From Candidatus Obscuribacterales bacterium (lineage in GTDB: Bacteria > Cyanobacteriota > Vampirovibrionia > Obscuribacterales > Obscuribacteraceae), in the NCBI GenBank assembly GCA_965228855.1, contig CBDDIJ010000003.1:992001-1056000 (forward strand): a DNA stretch of 64,000 nt, in the 5' to 3' direction. Under the pieces are notes generated by a model that was not told where the DNA came from, did no database searches, and was given only the letters and a program-made list of their open reading frames with translations. Numbering within the stretch: the stretch's first letter is position 1; each line of letters begins with the position of its first letter. The position numbers were made by a program, and so were the translations under genes. Shown here in pieces: positions 1-9,918 of this stretch.

Positions 1-933
1 GTGAATTCGGCATCGAGCTACGCAAAAGAAAATGGCTGCGACTCAATCATCGCTGTCGGTGGCGGTTCAGTTATGGACACGGCAAAAGCCACCAACATTT
101 GTCTGTCTTTGGGCGGAGACTTGCTCGATTACCAGGGCTTGAACAATATCGAAGAACGATTGAAACCCCTGGTCGCCATACCGACTACTGCCGGAACAGG
201 TTCAGAAGTTTCATTTGTGGCCATGATTAAGGATAGGGTGGAGCACAGGAAGCTTGTTTTCGGAAGCCGATTTTTAGCTCCGGACGCCGCTATTCTCGAC
301 CCGGTTCTGCTGGTAAGCCTACCTCCCAAGTTAACCGCAGCGACTGGTTTGGATGCGCTAACCCATTGCCTTGAGGCGCTGGTCGCAACAGTGACAAACT
401 CAGCGGTTTCTGATGCATTGGCACTCGAAGCGGCCCGCTTAATTTTCGATTACCTTCCTCGTGCCACCAAAAACGGTGATGATGTCGAGGCTCGCGGTCA
501 GACGCTCGTTGCCAGCACCATGGCTGGAATCGCGTTTAGCAATTCAGGGGTAGGAATAGTTCATGCCCTGGCGCACGCAACCGGTGCGAGATTTCAAACT
601 CACCATGGAATTACCAACGCCGTATATCTGCCGCATGGCATGCGCTTTAACATCGCATATTCAAGTGAGATCTATGGGAAAGTCGCTCGTGCACTTGGTT
701 TTTCAAAGAGTTTGGATGATAATGAAGCTAGTGAGGCGCTCGTCGCAGCCGTTGAGCAATTACTAGAGGAGGTCGGGCTTCCTAACAATCTGAGGGCAAT
801 TGGTGTGCCGGAGATGAAGGACGCGGAGCTGGATGAATGGGTCACTCTTGTAGCTGAGGATCCTGCCATCATTTTCAATCCGCGCGAAGCCACGGCTGAA
901 GACATTGTCGCAATTTATAAGAGGGCGTATTAA
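1..933 (+). CDS. Iron-containing alcohol dehydrogenase (5' truncated by window edge)
   Basis: GGGSVMDTAK, IPTTAGTGSEV, GLDALTHCLE, HALAH and HG motifs typical of Fe-ADH. Confidence 0.93.
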   Translation: MNSASSYAKENGCDSIIAVGGGSVMDTAKATNICLSLGGDLLDYQGLNNIEERLKPLVAIPTTAGTGSEVSFVAMIKDRVEHRKLVFGSRFLAPDAAILDPVLLVSLPPKLTAATGLDALTHCLEALVATVTNSAVSDALALEAARLIFDYLPRATKNGDDVEARGQTLVASTMAGIAFSNSGVGIVHALAHATGARFQTHHGITNAVYLPHGMRFNIAYSSEIYGKVARALGFSKSLDDNEASEALVAAVEQLLEEVGLPNNLRAIGVPEMKDAELDEWVTLVAEDPAIIFNPREATAEDIVAIYKRAY

Positions 934-1349
934 TGCCGTTTTTCAGCAGCACAGAAGAAGTTCAAAAAATTATGGAAGCGCTTTGGACCGAGATTCGCGA
1001 GAATCCGGAGATTGCGGCACCACTTCTTGATTCGAAGCTGATAGTTCGGTTTCATTACCGTGAACCCGAAGGCCGACTGACCATCGACTGCTCCGATGGT
1101 CATAATATGCTCATTATTTGGGGCGAATACGAAAAGAAGCCAACGGTCGAGATGTTCATGAAAGCGGATATCGCTCATCAATTCTGGCTTGGAAATGTAA
1201 ATGTCCCTGTCTATCTTATTTCAGGGAAAATCGTCGCGAAGGGACCGGTTAACAAAGCACTTGCGCTACTGCCCGTGGTGAAGCCGGCTTTTCGGATTTA
1301 CTCGAGTATTTTTGAAGATACTTTGAATCGTCCGCTGATTTCGGCATAA
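933..1349 (+). CDS. SCP2 sterol/lipid-binding domain protein
   Basis: Start overlaps the ADH stop (TAATG). C-terminus 'PTVEMFMKADIAHQFWLGNVNVPVYLISGKIVAKG' matches the SCP2 pattern. Confidence 0.75.
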   Translation: MPFFSSTEEVQKIMEALWTEIRENPEIAAPLLDSKLIVRFHYREPEGRLTIDCSDGHNMLIIWGEYEKKPTVEMFMKADIAHQFWLGNVNVPVYLISGKIVAKGPVNKALALLPVVKPAFRIYSSIFEDTLNRPLISA

Positions 1350-1358
1350 CTCTGGCAC

Positions 1359-1386
1359 TTTCGTAAACCGATATCGGTTTACGAAA
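1359..1386. repeat. Dispersed palindrome copy 1 (perfect 28 bp TTTCGTAAACCGAT|ATCGGTTTACGAAA)
   Basis: Read directly, about 10 bp after the SCP2 stop. Confidence 0.95.
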
Positions 1387-1469
1387 CCGGAACCTTTACG
1401 TGCTGAGCGATTTCTTAATTGCGTTTGTCTGGTAATCAAGGCTGCCGAATGGTAACCTGAGCCTCTGTT

Positions 1470-2615
1470 TTGTATCAATCGGCGGAGTTGACTTTGGCTG
1501 GCGCTTCGGCAGGTCTTGTTGTTGCAATCGGAGAACTCGTCGTCGACTGGATTTCGACTAGCAAAGGCGGCGGCTTCATCGAGTCGAATACTTTCGTCAA
1601 AAGTTTAGGTGGAAATGCATCGAACGTAGCAATTGCTCTTTCACGATTAGGAACTCGTTCAAAAATTCTAGCCAAAGTGGGAAACGACATTCATGGCAAG
1701 TACTTGGTACATGTGCTTGCCAAAGAAGGTGTTGATACATCCGGCGTTTTCGTAGATGAAGAGGCTCCAACCGCTCAGTGTTACGTGTTCACCACTCTTG
1801 ATGAGGACAATACTTTTTTAAACTGGCCGCCCGGAAATGCTGCTCAGAGACTCACCACTGGTGATATCACTGAAGATCGGCTTGTCGGGGCATCGTGTAT
1901 TCACACGACTGGAATATCATTGTCCCACGAACCTCGAAGATCCGCAGTCCTAGCGACTCTAGAGCGAGCTAAACAGCTTGGAATCATGGTGTCCTTTGAC
2001 GCCAGCTTCCCAACTGGCGAGGGAAAAGGGTCGATTGAAGCGCTGGAAACCGCAGCGTCTCTGGCAGATGTCGTAAAGGTCAATCTACTGGAACTGTTTT
2101 TTTGGGCTCGACATATCGGTGCCGAGGTAAGAGATTCTGACCTTGATTTCATCTCTGCCTATGAGCACCCTCCATCCTCTGGTCAAGAGTCTAAAACTTC
2201 TTCTGTCGCACCTGACCTTTCTGAAAAACGAATAGGTTATCTCGCGAAGAGTTTGTTCTCAGCGTTCAAACCAAAGATCCTTTTAGTAACCATGGCCCAT
2301 CACGGCTCCCTGATTCTTACCGTCAACGGCGAGACCTGGGGAAACGCGTATGAGGTGCAAACACTCTCTGGCGTTGGTGCCGGTGACGCCTACATTGCGG
2401 GGTTCATTCATGCACTGATGCAGCGAGCAGATGGTTGTGATGTCGTGAACACCCTAGATTCACTCACCGGTGAGCAGATTGAGCGATGCAATAATTTTGC
2501 CAGCGCCGTTGGAGCGTTGTGTACAACTCATGTTAGCGCTTACGAAGGCTTGCCAACGCTACCGGAAGTGGAAGAATTGCTCGCGTCGAACCTTAGGTCT
2601 GCAGGAAATCGATAG
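1470..2615 (+). CDS. PfkB family carbohydrate kinase (fructokinase-like)
   Basis: GGNASNVAIALSRLG, KVGNDIHG and GAGDAY motifs. Confidence 0.9.
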   Translation: MYQSAELTLAGASAGLVVAIGELVVDWISTSKGGGFIESNTFVKSLGGNASNVAIALSRLGTRSKILAKVGNDIHGKYLVHVLAKEGVDTSGVFVDEEAPTAQCYVFTTLDEDNTFLNWPPGNAAQRLTTGDITEDRLVGASCIHTTGISLSHEPRRSAVLATLERAKQLGIMVSFDASFPTGEGKGSIEALETAASLADVVKVNLLELFFWARHIGAEVRDSDLDFISAYEHPPSSGQESKTSSVAPDLSEKRIGYLAKSLFSAFKPKILLVTMAHHGSLILTVNGETWGNAYEVQTLSGVGAGDAYIAGFIHALMQRADGCDVVNTLDSLTGEQIERCNNFASAVGALCTTHVSAYEGLPTLPEVEELLASNLRSAGNR

Positions 2616-2634
2616 AATCGCGACCGACTAAATC

Positions 2635-3735
2635 TCAACAGTGTGAAGCCTGCTGACCGGCTACTTGCAAAACTTGTGGCGACACATAAGAAAGCACCTC
2701 TTTATTCGTGATCGGGGGCGAAGCAAATATGGCGTTGGTGAATCGTCCTTCTCTCCAGAATTCTCGGTCACTGTGATACCAGTGGAACGACAAATACAGC
2801 TGTAGTGCCTTTTGACTGATGCCTTGATATTCTTCGGTGATGAATGTGGTTGCTGATTCTTTCAGATTGGGGTTTAAATCGGCGCCAATGACTTTAGGTG
2901 TGGGAATGACTGACCTGTACTTGTGTATGTATGCTCCTCTTTCAAACAGAAATCCTGCGATTTCTACCACGGACAAGTTTTCTGAGAAACGTTGAAGCGA
3001 CTGGTTCGATTTGTACCAGAGATGATCGAAGGCCATCGCCTCTTGATCCATAATTCCAAAAAGTTCTTGTTGTTCAGGTGAGAGTCGATCAAACGAACGC
3101 GAATGTTCTTCCATGAGCGAAATAGAAATTATTTCTCCAGTCTTGGAATTTCGTACAGTCTTTTTAATAGTCCTCGGTTCGATAAGATGTTTTCCTGTGG
3201 CGGGTTGTTGTTCCACTCTTGGGTGCTGACGCGCCGGTGTCTCGCGACTTCGTTTTTTGACTACTTCTTTCAATTCGCTACAGTGAATCTCTTCCAGTGG
3301 TTCGTTTGCCATCAGGCGCGCTATTACGATTCCACTTTTTTTGATCATGTTCAAACTTGTCGAGTAGCACACCGACGAGTGTCTCTCGAACTCACTTGCA
3401 TTTACTGAGATACCGTTTTCCATCAAGGAAATCAGAAATAAATACTCAAGTGTCGACTCTCGCCGCATGCGATTGAAGAATGTTCCAGAAGTAAACGATT
3501 GTCTGTGCTTGCACGAGACACAAACAATTTTTCTGGTCCCAGCAGTTCTGACAAAATCGCGCCCTAGACATTTCTTGCAGCGCAGCGAACCGCTTAATGC
3601 CAGGCGTGAATACAACAAATCTTCTCCCTGCTCGATTGATGTAACCTCGCTATCGAACTTCTCTCGCATCAGCTTGAGAAGTGCTTCCTTGTTCTGGTTG
3701 CGAGGAACAGTATTTTTGGAATTACGCTTTTTCAT
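2635..3735 (-). CDS. IS1595 transposase-related protein (Zn ribbon, winged-helix-like insert, no clear DDE)
   Basis: CKKC...CVSCKHRQSFTSGTFF zinc ribbon and C-terminal YQGISQKALQLYL resemble IS1595 transposase ends. Confidence 0.55.
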   Translation of the reverse strand: MKKRNSKNTVPRNQNKEALLKLMREKFDSEVTSIEQGEDLLYSRLALSGSLRCKKCLGRDFVRTAGTRKIVCVSCKHRQSFTSGTFFNRMRRESTLEYLFLISLMENGISVNASEFERHSSVCYSTSLNMIKKSGIVIARLMANEPLEEIHCSELKEVVKKRSRETPARQHPRVEQQPATGKHLIEPRTIKKTVRNSKTGEIISISLMEEHSRSFDRLSPEQQELFGIMDQEAMAFDHLWYKSNQSLQRFSENLSVVEIAGFLFERGAYIHKYRSVIPTPKVIGADLNPNLKESATTFITEEYQGISQKALQLYLSFHWYHSDREFWREGRFTNAIFASPPITNKEVLSYVSPQVLQVAGQQASHC

Positions 3736-4230
3736 AACAGCCCTCCAGTAATAAAATCGTGAGCTCCTATTTTTTTAAACGTATTTCTGAACCAAAAAGT
3801 TCAATCGCACACCCCTCAAAGATGCACAAACTGTCAAGGCCCATGGAAATTTTATTTTGTGGGGCGTGTTAACTCACGGTCGTTGCGGATTGTTGAATGA
3901 GGTGACCTAGCAACCATCTCATCTCGCACTTTTGAACAAAGCGCATTATCAAAGTTCGCCGTCGAGCACTTGAGCACAAGGCTTTGGTGATGCCGCATGT
4001 GGTATCACATCTGTCTGGTTCTTAGTCGCACAATTGGGTTCTGAGAGACCGACAATTACCCCTGATTATTAACCGGATTAAATAAACGTCCGATCAACCT
4101 TCCCTGAAAGCCCGACTGCGTGAGCGATTTAAATGGTGTAATTCCCATGACAACGCTAGAAAATATTTTGCATTTTCTCATTTTGGCGCTACACTGTTTC
4201 TACTCACTCTAATGATCGCGGGTCCGATCT

Positions 4231-4383
4231 ATGGAACTAATCGCGCAACTCGTGGACCTTTTCCACGGAATTTCACTGACTATTATTGTTGCAATCATCG
4301 GCTGCACAATGGCGATGAGTGTTTTTCTGTGGAAAGTTTTGTTCGACTCCGATTTCTTCAGCAATTACGACAGGAATTTGTAA
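4231..4383 (+). CDS. Small single-pass membrane protein (50 aa, not in ORF track)
   Basis: Translates to MELIAQLVDLFHGISLTIIVAIIGCTMAMSVFLWKVLFDSDFFSNYDRNL with one hydrophobic helix, in an otherwise empty gap. Confidence 0.55.
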   Translation: MELIAQLVDLFHGISLTIIVAIIGCTMAMSVFLWKVLFDSDFFSNYDRNL

Positions 4384-4458
4384 GCTCGGGCCTTTACCGT
4401 TACGGTGAGCGTCTCCACGATCGCAGGAGACGCTCATTTTGGTTTTCACACATCGAAT

Positions 4459-4484
4459 TTTCTAAAGCGATATCGGTTTAGAAA
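4459..4484. repeat. Dispersed palindrome copy 2 (TTTCTAAAGCGAT|ATCGGTTTAGAAA, 1 mismatch)
   Basis: Read directly, about 15 bp downstream of the yedF stop. Confidence 0.9.
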
Positions 4485-4499
4485 TGAAGACAACTGGCA

Positions 4500-5120
4500 T
4501 TAAGGCGTTAGAACTCTGTCTGCCGTCATTAAGAACTCACAGATGTTAAACATGTTTGTGATTTGGTCTGCCGGCACTTTGTCTTTCAATGCGTAGTGTT
4601 CCAGGCAAAGACCGCATGCCAGAACTTCGCAACCTGCTTCGGCGAATCCATTGAGCACCTGAAGCACGCTGCCCTCCGGATCCATAAGTTTGACGCCGCT
4701 GTTTGCCAGAAGAATAGCTCTCGGTCTGTGCCCGGAGTCGAATAGTGTCTGCAAAAAAACATTCATCAAGCTCTGGCTAAAATCAGGATCGCCCTGCCCG
4801 AAAGTATCTTTGGCGAGGAAAACGACTGTGCCTACGCGGTTTTTATTGGTTTCTCTCTGCGATTCTTTGATGGCCAGCTCTTCAAGTTCAGTTCGCGGCG
4901 AGGGATCGCCTTTCGTCAAGACGATACGATAGAAATCCCCTTCATTGGAGCAGCTCATTGAGACGTTTTGAGAGCGCGCCAGTCGAGCCAAATTTTTGAC
5001 GTTGACTTCGGATTCAACTAGCGCCTCTATCTTTTTAGTGTCCTTGTCATCAAGTAGTCGTTTTGTTCTAATTACCGGCTCTGGGCAAACCAAACCTCGA
5101 AGGTCAATTTCTCTGTTCAT
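4500..5120 (-). CDS. yedF: Sulfurtransferase-like selenium metabolism protein (TusA + DsrE domains)
   Basis: IDLRGLVCPEPVI TusA motif, NSGVKL...ACGLCL...ITNM DsrE motif, adjacent to selD. Start at 5120 is inferred (ORF extends to 5207). Confidence 0.88.
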   Translation of the reverse strand: MNREIDLRGLVCPEPVIRTKRLLDDKDTKKIEALVESEVNVKNLARLARSQNVSMSCSNEGDFYRIVLTKGDPSPRTELEELAIKESQRETNKNRVGTVVFLAKDTFGQGDPDFSQSLMNVFLQTLFDSGHRPRAILLANSGVKLMDPEGSVLQVLNGFAEAGCEVLACGLCLEHYALKDKVPADQITNMFNICEFLMTADRVLTP

Positions 5121-5203
5121 CTCAGTTAAATCCTGGTCTTTCTTCTTGTGCGACTCCTGGAAATTGGTCTCTTTTGGGACCAATCGCGGACGTCTAGTGT
5201 ATA

Positions 5204-6277
5204 TCAATTGGCGGTCACTTCGACCGTGCCCATTGACTCGTTGTGTTCAAGCGGCAACATCTCGCCGATTATGGAGGCCTGGAGATTAAGGTCCTTCAGG
5301 TCTTCTACGAGTTGCTCAGCATGGTCTGGTTTAAGAGAGAACAGAAGCCCGCCGGAAGTTTGCGGATCAAACAGAAGATCCTCCCATTCCAACTCTACCT
5401 TATTAAGGTAGTTGACCCTTGCATTAAACGACTCTCGGTTTCCATATGCGCCAGCTGGGACGAGACCTTGCTGTGCCAATTCAACAACCTCCGGAAGAAT
5501 ACAAACCGAACTAAGATTCAGTCGCGACTTCAAAGAGCTCGCTTTAGCCATTTCATGTAGATGCCCTGTTAAACCGAAACCGGTGACATCGGTGAGCGCA
5601 TGGATTTCGTATTGTCGACCAGCCTTCAAAGCATCAGAATTCAATGTGGTTAAGCTGCGGATTAGTTCATTGCGAGCGCCTTCCGAAAGCATGCCTGCCT
5701 TCATTCCAAGTAAAGCAACTCCCGATCCAATAGGTTTCGTGAGCACCAACTTGTCAAAAGGTTGGGCACCACCATTGGTGAATACTTCTTTGGGGTTAAC
5801 GAGTCCTGTGACTGCCAATCCATATACAGGCTGCTCTAACTGGATCGAGTGTCCACCAGCAATTACGGCGCCGGCCTTCTCGACTTGATCGGCACCACCA
5901 CGAAGAATTTCTACCAGAACGTCCTCTTCAAAATCGCACGTTGGAAAGCAAACTATATTCAATGCGAGCACAGGTTTGCCACCCATGGCGTATATGTCGG
6001 AAAGCGCATTGGCAGCGGCAATCTGACCGAAGAGATATGGATCGTCTATAACAGGTGGAAAGAAATCGATCGTTTCCACAATTGCAAGATCTTCTGAAAT
6101 TTTGTAAACAGCTGCATCTTCGAAGTTCCCGATACCAGCGATTAGCTCAGGAGTTGTTTTGGATGGAATGCGCGCAAGCAATTTCGACAACTCTGCAGAA
6201 CCAAGCTTTGCCGCGCAGCCTCCGGCTTTTATATTCGAAGTCAAACGCCTTTGTTCGTATTCAATTTTTTCGGACAT
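5204..6277 (-). CDS. selD: Selenide, water dikinase (Cys form)
   Basis: GGCAAKLG, EDAAVY, DFFPP, NALSDIYAMGG, TDVTGFGL and DPQTSGGLL. Start inferred at the ATG at 6277. Confidence 0.96.
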   Translation of the reverse strand: MSEKIEYEQRRLTSNIKAGGCAAKLGSAELSKLLARIPSKTTPELIAGIGNFEDAAVYKISEDLAIVETIDFFPPVIDDPYLFGQIAAANALSDIYAMGGKPVLALNIVCFPTCDFEEDVLVEILRGGADQVEKAGAVIAGGHSIQLEQPVYGLAVTGLVNPKEVFTNGGAQPFDKLVLTKPIGSGVALLGMKAGMLSEGARNELIRSLTTLNSDALKAGRQYEIHALTDVTGFGLTGHLHEMAKASSLKSRLNLSSVCILPEVVELAQQGLVPAGAYGNRESFNARVNYLNKVELEWEDLLFDPQTSGGLLFSLKPDHAEQLVEDLKDLNLQASIIGEMLPLEHNESMGTVEVTAN

Positions 6278-6658
6278 ACAATGGTGCCATCCTTGTATAC
6301 ATATAAGACCCGCATTATGACATAGTTTTGGACCATTCAAAAATCGAAAGTTTCTTTCTGCGGAGAGCCAATTTCCAGAAACCCGCGCCGGGCGGCTCTT
6401 TGGAAACGCCCACGACAAGCAGCTCTTGAAAGTCGTATTTTTGGTTAGTCCAAAGAAGCTTTTAGATTAGTTTCACCAATAATGTGTGTTTATGGGCGTT
6501 CCAGCCCTTTCAAAAACGGGGCGATACGTGTAAATTTAAATCGGAAGCCAATGAATTACTCGCACATGGGCGCAGACTTGCGGACGCCCCGTGCGCGTAA
6601 GGTTTCGTTTGTTTTCTTCATACCATCTTACGTAGTGAATTGATAAGGGACCATTCCG

Positions 6659-6865
6659 ATGCCTAAGAAAGTACTTGTCGCCTTGCCTCCAGGTCTGTTA
6701 GAACAGATCGATTTTGTCGCGCAAGTAGAGCACAGAACCAGATCAGACTTAATACGCGAAGCTCTCCGCCGTTATATAGAATCTTTCAAACGCACTCAAA
6801 CACCACACATGTCGGTAAGCACAGTAGGCAACCAGCATGTAGCACTGTTTACCGACGTTGAGTAA
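6659..6865 (+). CDS. CopG/ribbon-helix-helix DNA-binding protein
   Basis: KVLVALP..LLEQID......RTRSDLIREALRRYI pattern. RBS-like AAGGGA upstream. Confidence 0.88.
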   Translation: MPKKVLVALPPGLLEQIDFVAQVEHRTRSDLIREALRRYIESFKRTQTPHMSVSTVGNQHVALFTDVE

Positions 6866-6890
6866 TATTCCCACTTAATGCGTTGACTTA

Positions 6891-7268
6891 TTGCCTGACG
6901 CTTCGTACGATGCTTTTGATGAAGGCCGACCCTTCTCCCTTGAGCATCTGACGATGAATTTCACAAACATACTCTTGACGGAACTGATCTTCGCATCCTT
7001 CGTGTTGCTGGGATTGGGTTTCATTAAGATGCCGAAGTTCTTGCGGCGAAAGAGACTTTCGAAGCTCTTCCCGTGGGGCTACTATCCTGACCAGCAACCG
7101 CGCGCCGATCGGTATTACCCGGACGACGACAAGGATTTCCTCCACGATGTGGGCACGGAGTTTGGTGGACTGGATACGTTCGGTGATTACGGGGAATTCA
7201 GTGGCTTTGGTCAGCTCGGGGAATATGGCGGCTCGTTTATCGGCGGCGAGGGCGGTGGACCCGGCTAA
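6891..7268 (+). CDS. Hypothetical single-TM protein with Gly-rich tail
   Basis: Hydrophobic segment followed by a GG-F/Y-rich C-terminus. True start probably the ATG near 6954. Confidence 0.55.
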   Translation: MPDASYDAFDEGRPFSLEHLTMNFTNILLTELIFASFVLLGLGFIKMPKFLRRKRLSKLFPWGYYPDQQPRADRYYPDDDKDFLHDVGTEFGGLDTFGDYGEFSGFGQLGEYGGSFIGGEGGGPG

Positions 7269-7676
7269 GTGTGATGCCGGTAGTATGGCTTTGCACTCAA
7301 GTCGGCGTATATTGACGTCTGGCTCTGGTTTGAAGAGTCTCCTTGCTCAGCAGCATCACTCGGCAGTGCCGTCTACGACACCATCTGGTGGCACAGCGCT
7401 ATGCGTGCTGTTTTAGAATACCTGCTATCCAGGCAAGCCCACAGCTTCGAGCTGACAATATCGGCTCACGGAATTTGACTCTTCCGGCAGGCGATTCTGG
7501 ACCGGAGCTGGCAAAGGTTCATATGTCAAAACTGACGGTAACCGCCTGGGTAGTCCAGTAGAAAGACTCTGGATCCACCTTCCGATTCAGTGTTTCATGG
7601 CATAAAAACGGCTGGCTTGATAATAGTGCTCTTATAAGCTCTATACTTAAGCAGTCTCCCATGTGTTCTCAGGAGG

Positions 7677-9209
7677 TTGCCCCTGCAGTTCGCCGATACT
7701 TACTACGCCTGGCTAGCTGGATTCATCATTCTGGGCGGTCTGACCTTCGTTTTGAAAGACGAAAAGCGCAAGCTGTTGTTGCACCTTCTGTTGGTGTTTT
7801 CAACTCTCTTCGTCGTCGGTCAAATTTACATGTCGGTTGAGGCGCGTAAAAATGCCGGAAACGAGGTTTTTGTCGAGTCCGACAAAGCTGAAATGGCCTT
7901 GAGAATGACTTCTGCTTTGATGGCGCTTGAGCCGGTTTTAAAATCCGGTGGAGACAATAGCCAGGTAAAACAGATGCAGAGCAAATTCTACCTCGAAGCT
8001 GAGAATTCGCTTGATAAATCAATCAAACTCGCTCCGGAATCCTCCATCCTGTTGACTAAACGGCTCGTATTTCACAACGAGACCGGAAAACCAATCAAAG
8101 GCGACCTGACCGCAATAAACAAAATCGGCACTGACAAAGCGAAAAAGCTATCAAGGCTCGTTACTGCGATCTATATCAACAAGAAGATTAGTCCCGAGCA
8201 TCTGCCTGAGTTGAAGACGATTTTGAAGAAAGAGATGCCGGGCGGCTGGTATCAGGATATCTTGCATGTGCAAATTGAACGCGTTTCCGGCACGAAAAAG
8301 GCTTATGAGGAAGCGGTAGATGAGTTTGTCGACCACTACCGAAATTATCTGATTCGAATTGCCGCCTTTTTTGCTGTAATCGCAGTTTCAGCTTTCGTCG
8401 GGATCATAGTTGTGCTTGTCCAACTTTTTATGCTGCCGCGCAAACCTACCAGCGAAGAGGAGCGCGCCAAAATTGCTGCGCCAGTCGCCTGGGGCGCAAA
8501 AACTGTGTATGGAGTTTTCATCGCCTGGCTTTCCACTGAATTCCTTGTTGTGCCTTTGCTGAAAGGCGTATCCAAGGATTTGGCTAACATCGCGGTCGAA
8601 AGGGGCTCCTTGACGGTTGCCTTGATTACAGCAGGACTATACCTATCACAAAACCTCCCCTCGATTTTCTACATCTGGTTTTTCGCGGTGCGCAATCATG
8701 GAATAAGGTTTGCAGAGGCTGTCCGACTGCGCTGGAAAACCGAGCGTCGGGGACCCGTGGGATTGGTCCTTGCTGGTGTGGCAACATGGTTCGCTGCGAT
8801 ACCACTGGTGATAGCATCGACATACATTGCAAATCAGCTTGGCTCGCAGGGTTCCAGTAACCCGATCGTTGCAGTTGTTCTCTCTTCCGTAAAAGATTCG
8901 AATCCCCTGGCGGTGATTATGTTCCTGATTACGCTTGGTGTCTTACCGGCTCTTTGCGAAGAAACTCTCTTTAGAGGTTTTTTGTACACTTCACTGCGAC
9001 GACGGTTTGGTGTTTTTCTTTCTATCGTTATTAGCGCAACCTTGTTCTCGCTTGCTCATTTTGACCTCGGTGGCGCCGTCCAGTTATTCGTTCTAGGCGC
9101 CTTATTTGCTTTTGTTTTCGAACGAACGAAAAGTCTGATTCCGGCGATGGTCGCTCACTGCATGTGGAACAGCGGGACGTTCCTCATGGCCTTAACCATG
9201 CTTGGTTGA
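7677..9209 (+). CDS. CPBP (CAAX/Abi) family intramembrane glutamic endopeptidase
   Basis: EETLFRG, FSLAH and AHCMWN motifs, multiple TM helices. Confidence 0.92.
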   Translation: MPLQFADTYYAWLAGFIILGGLTFVLKDEKRKLLLHLLLVFSTLFVVGQIYMSVEARKNAGNEVFVESDKAEMALRMTSALMALEPVLKSGGDNSQVKQMQSKFYLEAENSLDKSIKLAPESSILLTKRLVFHNETGKPIKGDLTAINKIGTDKAKKLSRLVTAIYINKKISPEHLPELKTILKKEMPGGWYQDILHVQIERVSGTKKAYEEAVDEFVDHYRNYLIRIAAFFAVIAVSAFVGIIVVLVQLFMLPRKPTSEEERAKIAAPVAWGAKTVYGVFIAWLSTEFLVVPLLKGVSKDLANIAVERGSLTVALITAGLYLSQNLPSIFYIWFFAVRNHGIRFAEAVRLRWKTERRGPVGLVLAGVATWFAAIPLVIASTYIANQLGSQGSSNPIVAVVLSSVKDSNPLAVIMFLITLGVLPALCEETLFRGFLYTSLRRRFGVFLSIVISATLFSLAHFDLGGAVQLFVLGALFAFVFERTKSLIPAMVAHCMWNSGTFLMALTMLG

Positions 9210-9229
9210 AACAATTTCCTTTTCATTCC

Positions 9230-9247
9230 TAAACCGATATCGCTTGA
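9230..9247. repeat. Dispersed palindrome copy 3 (degenerate, TAAACCGATATCGCTTGA)
   Basis: About 20 bp after the CPBP stop, 2 mismatches to consensus. Confidence 0.7.
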
Positions 9248-9363
9248 AGAGTTTAGATGCCGTGTTGCTTTGCCGCAATTGCCGGGCATAACCTCTTCAG
9301 CCCAATTAGATTTCCGTCATCGGAAACCGCCTGTCCTGCTACAACTCTACTGGGTTTCAAACC

Positions 9364-9918
9364 ATGGTTGCACTTGCAAAACCAGCCATCAGATTGGAAT
9401 CGGATCCGCGGGTGAAGCGGGTTGGCTCAAATGTTATGTGGGTTGCGATCGTGATCGGATTCATGTTCATGGGGCTCTGGCTGACTGTTGCAACATTTGC
9501 GTTTGCGTACAATGCCTGCTGGTCAATTGTGATCGCGGGCGCTTCTATAGGGTTTGCGTCATTCTTGACGATGATGGCATCGACTTTGATCCGCGATCGC
9601 TCGCGAACCTACGTCTTGGAGTTGACGGAGACCGAGGCTGTTTTGAACGTCACCGAGGGGACTGGGAAACGTCGTAAGCGAGCTACCCAGATGGTCTTGC
9701 TCGACGACATCTATTATGCCGAGTACTATCCGTATCGCGATTCTACTTCTGTAATCTTGCACACAAGCTACGCACAGATGGAGCTTCCTCTCTGGCCGCT
9801 CGGTGCTCATGCGCAGGATGTGATGGATTTTCTAGATGGACGCGGAGTGCCAATAGTAAACGTTCAGTCTGATGACCCAATTCCGGAGATCGAGATAGAG
9901 AAACGTGTTCAGCCGTGA
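9364..9918 (+). CDS. Hypothetical membrane protein (2 TM plus soluble domain)
   Basis: 184-aa ORF with two hydrophobic helices. Confidence 0.7.
   Translation: MVALAKPAIRLESDPRVKRVGSNVMWVAIVIGFMFMGLWLTVATFAFAYNACWSIVIAGASIGFASFLTMMASTLIRDRSRTYVLELTETEAVLNVTEGTGKRRKRATQMVLLDDIYYAEYYPYRDSTSVILHTSYAQMELPLWPLGAHAQDVMDFLDGRGVPIVNVQSDDPIPEIEIEKRVQP

Noticed and set aside
2616..3900. Terminal inverted repeats around the IS1595-like gene
   Set aside because: Only weak short similarity, with no convincing TIR or TSD
4212..4481. 89-aa ORF from the track
   Set aside because: Implausible composition. The 50-aa TM ORF in another frame is more credible
6200..6230. Possible selenocysteine codon in selD
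   Set aside because: The codon is TGC (Cys), with no in-frame TGA
7270..7670. Possible ncRNA or small gene in the 400-bp gap
   Set aside because: No recognisable RNA family motif or credible ORF by eye
9590..9602. GCGATCGC (HIP1) occurrence
   Set aside because: Isolated, with no visible enrichment across the window
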